Below are positions 58,474 through 64,000 of a stretch of 64,000 nt of DNA, one piece after another; the first letter of the stretch is position 1, and each line of letters begins with the position of its first letter. Under the pieces are notes generated by a model. It was not told the DNA's origin. It did not search any database and worked only from the letters and a program-made list of their open reading frames with translations. The DNA lies in the NCBI GenBank assembly GCA_012295275.1, contig CM022666.1, positions 6,014,001 to 6,078,000 of the forward strand, read 5' to 3'. A program made the position numbers and the translations under genes. This stretch comes from Chrysomallon squamiferum. Its lineage: Eukaryota > Animalia > Mollusca.

Positions 58474-60387
58474 ACATAATCTTTGCTTTAAATTACATTT
58501 ATTTTGAGTTCAGAATCAGAAATTGATTGTTTATAACTGCTTGGTTAAATAAGGATGTTTTTTAGAATGTTTTTTTCTTTTTAAATAACTGATTATTCCG
58601 TGTACAATGATGAAATGATTATTAAGTGAACATGTTAGACTAATTTAACATATACCTTTGGTATTGCTTTTTGTTATTTATGAGAGCGGAAATGTTTTCT
58701 TCTATTCCCCGCCCGATAGGTAAATATAAACCAAATCTTTGTTTCAAACGTCTTTTTAAGAGTAATTTGAACAGAAAACGGTCAAAATAGAGGCAAAGAT
58801 CAAATACTACTCTTATTAAGTTAATGTTAATGTTCTAATCTGAAAACATAAATAAATAATAAACTGGTTAGCGAATGAACAAAACCGAAGAATGAATAAA
58901 TATAGAAATAACTAATAAAAGAGATCCAAACGTGACACTGTTTAAAGCGCAGCATTCTTTTCACATTTATTCAAAATAAAATATAAAATCATATGTAGAC
59001 TGCATTGATTAGCTGGTTAAGAATTTCCATACTGAATTTCTTCATTTGATTACTGAGAAAGAAAAGAGAGAATACTAACTGACTGAAGAAAAAAATAAAT
59101 AAAACTTATGCGAGTTGTGTTCACTGGTAAATTTAGAGTGGCCTCCCTTATGTGAGATGTGTTCACTGGTATATTTAGAGTGGCCTCCCTTATGTGAGAT
59201 GTGTTCACTGGTATATTTAGAGTGGCCTCCCTTATGTGAGATGTGTTCACTGGTATATTTAGAGTGGCTTCCCTTATGTGAGATGTGTTCACTGGTATAT
59301 TTAGAGTGGCCTCCCTTATGTGAGATGTGTTCACTGATATATTTGGAGTGGCCTCCCTTATGTGAGATGTATTCACTGGTATGTTTAGAGTGGCCTCCCT
59401 TACGTGAGATGTGTTCACTGGTATATTTAGAGTGCCCTCCCTTACGTGAGATGTGTTCACTGGTATATTTAGAGTGCCCTCCCTTATGCGAGATGTGTTC
59501 ACTAGTATAGTTAAAATAGCCTACCTCATGCGAGATGTATTCAGTGGAATTAAGAAAATAACAAAGAAAATTCGATTAAAAAAGCATAAATAAAGAGTCA
59601 GTGAGAGCAGAGTGTATGAACTGATTAAAAATATACGACAAATAAATAATAAATAAATCATAATATGAAAAAGAAAGAGTGAAAGAAAGGAAATAAAGAT
59701 AGAAAAGATGGAAAGAAAAGAAAGAAAGAAAGAAAGAAAGAAAGAAGTAAGGACAGAAAGAAAAAAGAACGAAGGAAAGAAAGAAAATATTGAAGCAGGT
59801 TAGCGAATGAACAAAACCGAAGAATGAATAAATATAGAAATAACTAATAAAAGAGATCCCAACGTGGTACTGTTTAAACGCAGCATTCTTTTCACATTTA
59901 TTCAAAATAAAATATAAAATCATATGTAGACTGCATTGATTAGCTGGTTAAGAATTTCCGTACTGAATTTCATCATTTGATTACTGAGAAAAAACCCCAG
60001 AGAATACTAACTGACTAAAGAAAAAATAAATAAATCAAGGTTTATGCGACATGAAAAGTAACTTATGTCATAGTGTTGTCCTACAGTACCTTGTAATATA
60101 GAAGAGCTTTCTAACGATTAATTATGGAAAAAAAAAACAATCTTAGAAAGTAAATAAAATCATCTAACTTCCTTGTTTTATACCATTTTTTCTTATATTA
60201 CATTTCATTTGTAACTTAAGAATGAAACAGATGAAATAAATGTATAGTTACTTCTTGTAACAAAAATACTTAAAACATTATAAAACGGTTGATGTAGATA
60301 AATATTACTAAATATCAGTAAGTGTCCAGAAGCCAGCAGAAGCCGGAAAGTTTGGACGACGTCTGGCTATGACAAAGTTGAGGTATC

Positions 60388-60459
60388 TCCGATGTGGTCT
60401 AGTGGTTAGGATTCCTGGCTTTCACCCAGCTGGCCCGGGTTCAATTCCCGGCATGGGAA
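60388..60459 (+). tRNA. tRNA-Glu-TTC: tRNA-Glu (TTC) variant (G43C, C69G), unit 11
   Basis: Same sequence as unit 1. Confidence 0.9.
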
Positions 60460-62373
60460 ACATAATCTTTGCTTTAAATTACATTTATTTTGAGTTCAGA
60501 ATCAGAAATTGATTGTTTATAACTGCTTGGTTAAATAAGGATGTTTTTTTTTAGAATGTTTTTTTCTTTTTAAATAACTGATTATTCCGTGTACAATGAT
60601 GAAATGATTATTAAGTGAACATGTTAGACTAATTTAACATATACCTTTGGTATTGCTTTTTGTTATTTATGAGAGCGGAAATGTTTTCTTCTATTCCCCG
60701 CCCGATAGGTAAATATAAACCAAATCTTTGTTTCAAACGTCTTTAAAGAGTAATTTGAACAGAAAACGGTCAAAATAGAGGCAAAGATCAAATACTACTC
60801 TTATTAAGTTAATGTTAATGTTCTAATCTGAAAACATAAATAAATAATAAACTGGTTAGCGAATGAACAAAACCGAAGAATGAATAAATATAGAAATAAC
60901 TAATAAAAGAGATCCAAACGTGACACTGTTTAAACGCAGCATTCTTTTCACATTTATTCAAAATAAAATATAAAATCATATGTAGACTGCATTGATTAGC
61001 TGGTTAAGAATTTCCATACTGAATTTCTTCATTTGATTACTGAGAAAGAAAAAGAGAATACTAACTGACTGAAGAAAAAAAAATAAATAAAACTTATGCG
61101 AGTTGTGTTCACTGGTAAATTTAGAGTGGCCTCCCTTATGTGAGATGTGTTCACTGGTATATTTAGAGTGGCCTCCCTTATGTGAGATGTGTTCACTGGT
61201 ATATTTAGAGTGGCCTCCCTTATGTGAGATGTGTTCACTGGTATATTTAGAGTGGCCTCCCTTATGTGAGATGTGTTCACTGGTATATTTAGAGTGGCCT
61301 CCCTTATGTGAGATGTGTTCACTGATATATTTGGAGTGGCCTCCCTTATGTGAGATGTATTCACTGGTATGTTTAGAGTGGCCTCCCTTACGTGAGATGT
61401 GTTCACTGGTATATTTAGAGTGCCCTCCCTTACGTGAGATGTGTTCACTGGTATATTTAGAGTGCCCTCCCTTATGCGAGATGTGTTCACTAGTATAGTT
61501 AAAATAGCCTACCTCATGCGAGATGTATTCAGTGGAATTAAGAAAATAACAAAGAAAATTCGATTAAAAAGCATAAATAAAGAGTCAGTGAGAGCAGAGT
61601 GTATGAACTGATTAAAAATATACGACAAATAAATAATAAATAAATCATAATATGAAAAAAAAAGAGTGAAAGAAAGGAAATAAAGATAGAAAAGATGGAA
61701 AGAAAAGAAAAAAGAAAGAAAGAAAGAAGTAAGGACAGAAAGAAAAAAAAACGAAGGAAAGAAAGAAAATATTGAAGCAGGTTAGAATGAACAAAACCGA
61801 AGAATGAATAAATATAGAAATAACTAATAAAAGAGATCCCAACGTGGTACTGTTTAAACGCAGCATTCTTTTCACATTTATTCAAAATAAAATATAAAAT
61901 CATATGTAGACTGCATTGATTAGCTGGTTAAAAATTTCCGTACTGAATTTCATCATTTGATTACTGAGAAAAAAAAAAACCAGAGAATACTAACTGACTA
62001 AAGAAAAAATAAATAAATCAAGGTTTATGCGACATGAAAAGTAACTTATGTCATAGTGTTGTCCTACAGTACCTTGTAATATAGAAGAGCTTTCTAACGA
62101 TTAATTATGGAAAAAAAAAAAACAATCTTAGAAAGTAAATAAAATCATCTAACTTCCTTGTTTTATACCATTTTTTCTTATATTACATTTCATTTGTAAC
62201 TTAAGAATGAAACAGATGAAATAAATGTATAGTTACTTCTTGTAACAAAAAATACTTAAAACATTATAAAACGGTTGATGTAGATAAATATTACTAAATA
62301 TCAGTAAGTGTCGAGAAGCCAGCAGAAGCCGGTAAGTTTGGACGACGTCTGGCTATGACAAAGTTGAGGTATC

Positions 62374-62445
62374 TCCGATGTGGTCTAGTGGTTAGGATTC
62401 CTGGCTTTCACCCAGCTGGCCCGGGTTCAATTCCCGGCATGGGAA
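62374..62445 (+). tRNA. tRNA-Glu-TTC: tRNA-Glu (TTC) variant (G43C, C69G), unit 12
   Basis: Same sequence as unit 1. Confidence 0.9.
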
Positions 62446-64000
62446 ACATAATCTTTGCTTTAAATTACATTTATTTTGAGTTCAGAATCAGAAATTGATT
62501 GTTTATAACTGCTTGGTTAAATAAGGATGTTTTTTTAGAATGTTTTTTTCTTTTTAAATAACTGATTATTCCGTGTACAATGATGAAATGATTATTAAGT
62601 GAACATGTTAGACTAATTTAACATATACCTTTGGTATTGCTTTTTGTTATTTATGAGAGCGGAAATGTTTTCTTCTATTCCCCGCCCGATAGGTAAATAT
62701 AAACCAAATCTTTGTTTCAAACGTCTTTAAAGAGTAATTTGAACAGAAAACGGTCAAAATAGAGGCAAAGATCAAATACTACTCTTATTAAGTTAATGTT
62801 AATGTTCTAATCTGAAAACATAAATAAATAATAAACTGGTTAGCGAATGAACAAAACCGAAGAATGAATAAATATAGAAATAACTAATAAAAGAGATCCA
62901 AACGTGACACTGTTTAAACGCAGCATTCTTTTCACATTTATTCAAAATAAAATATAAAAATCATATGTAGACTGCATTGATTAGCTGGTTAAGAATTTCC
63001 ATACTGAATTTCTTCATTTGATTACTGAGAAAGAAAAAAGAGAGAATACTAACTGACTGAAGAAAAAAATAAATAAAACTTATGCGAGTTGTGTTCACTG
63101 GTAAATTTAGAGTGGCCTCCCTTATGTGAGATGTGTTCACTGGTATATTTAGAGTGGCCTCCCTTATGTGAGATGTGTTCACTGGTATATTTAGAGTGGC
63201 CTCCCTTATGTGAGATGTGTTCACTGGTATATTTAGAGTGGCTTCCCTTATGTGAGATGTGTTCACTGGTATATTTAGAGTGGCCTCCCTTATGTGAGAT
63301 GTGTTCACTGATATATTTGGAGTGGCCTCCCTTATGTGAGATGTATTCACTGGTATGTTTAGAGTGGCCTCCCTTACGTGAGATGTGTTCACTGGTATAT
63401 TTAGAGTGCCCTCCCTTACGTGAGATGTGTTCACTGGTATATTTAGAGTGCCCTCCCTTATGCGAGATGTGTTCACTAGTATAGTTAAAATAGCCTACCT
63501 CATGCGAGATGTATTCAGTGGAATTAAGAAAATAACAAAGAAAATTCGATTAAAAAGCATAAAAAAAAGAGTCAGTGAGAGCAGAGTGTATGAACTGATT
63601 AAAAATATACGACAAATAAATAATAAATAAATCATAATATGAAAAAGAAAGAGTGAAAGAAAGGAAATAAAGATAGAAAAGATGGAAAGAAAAGAAAGAA
63701 AGAAAGAAGTAAGGACAGAAAGAAAAAAGAACGAAGGAAAGAAAGAAAATATTGAAGAAGCAGGTTAGCGAATGAACAAAACCGAAGAATGAATAAATAT
63801 AGAAATAACTAATAAAAGAGATCCCAACGTGGTACTGTTTAAACGCAGCATTCTTTTCACATTTATTCAAAATAAAATATAAAATCATATGTAGACTGCA
63901 TTGATTAGCTGGTTAAAAATTTCCGTACTGAATTTCATCATTTGATTACTGAGAAAAAAACCCAGAGAATACTAAACTGACTAAAGAAAAAAATAAATAA

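Larger units (their letters stand above)
40372..64000 (+). repeat. Head-to-tail macrosatellite, ~1.85-2.02-kb unit, at least 12 copies, running off the window end
   Basis: tRNA starts recur at 40700, 42547, 44525, 46516, 48482, 50501, 52423, 54439, 56420, 58402, 60388 and 62374 (periods 1847-2019 bp) with near-identical spacers. Confidence 0.98.

Noticed and set aside
41347-63484. Repetitive ORFs (MCSLVYLEWPPLCE)n, (IREATLNIPVNTSH)n and (SEHISHKGGHSKYT)n in every unit
   Set aside because: These are translations of the 42-bp minisatellite, open on both strands because the unit is a multiple of 3. Frame-breaking indels occur in units 3 and 6, and most starts are non-ATG, so there is no evidence of coding function.
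41747-63888. Hydrophobic minus-strand ORFs MILYFILNKCEKNAAF... in each unit
   Set aside because: They derive from the (TTTC)-rich strand of the purine tract; frame and length vary between units through homopolymer indels.

Overview
This is AT-rich, microsatellite-laden animal genomic DNA, probably from a lophotrochozoan such as a mollusc (inferred from protein style only). It has three parts. (1) 837-3440 holds the last four coding exons of an EndoU/XendoU-family uridylate-specific endoribonuclease gene (+), with catalytic motifs intact. (2) 17668-38086 is a 23-coding-exon gene (+) for a secreted, Cys-rich protein of about 1,730 aa. It consists of a signal peptide, one chitin-binding type-2 (CBM14/peritrophin-A-like) domain and 11 strictly alternating A/B exon pairs, and every intron is phase 1. 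(3) From 39348 to the window end lies a tRNA-Glu(TTC) locus. Two canonical minus-strand genes face away from a head-to-tail macrosatellite of at least 12 units of about 2 kb. Each unit carries a variant tRNA-Glu(TTC) with intact A/B boxes but broken stem pairs (C69G in 12/12, G43C in 11/12), plus a variable-copy 42-bp minisatellite bracketed by ~245-bp direct repeats. This nested array is the most unusual element in the window. Most ORFs in the supplied track are translations of simple repeats. All coordinates were read by hand; no database searches were run.
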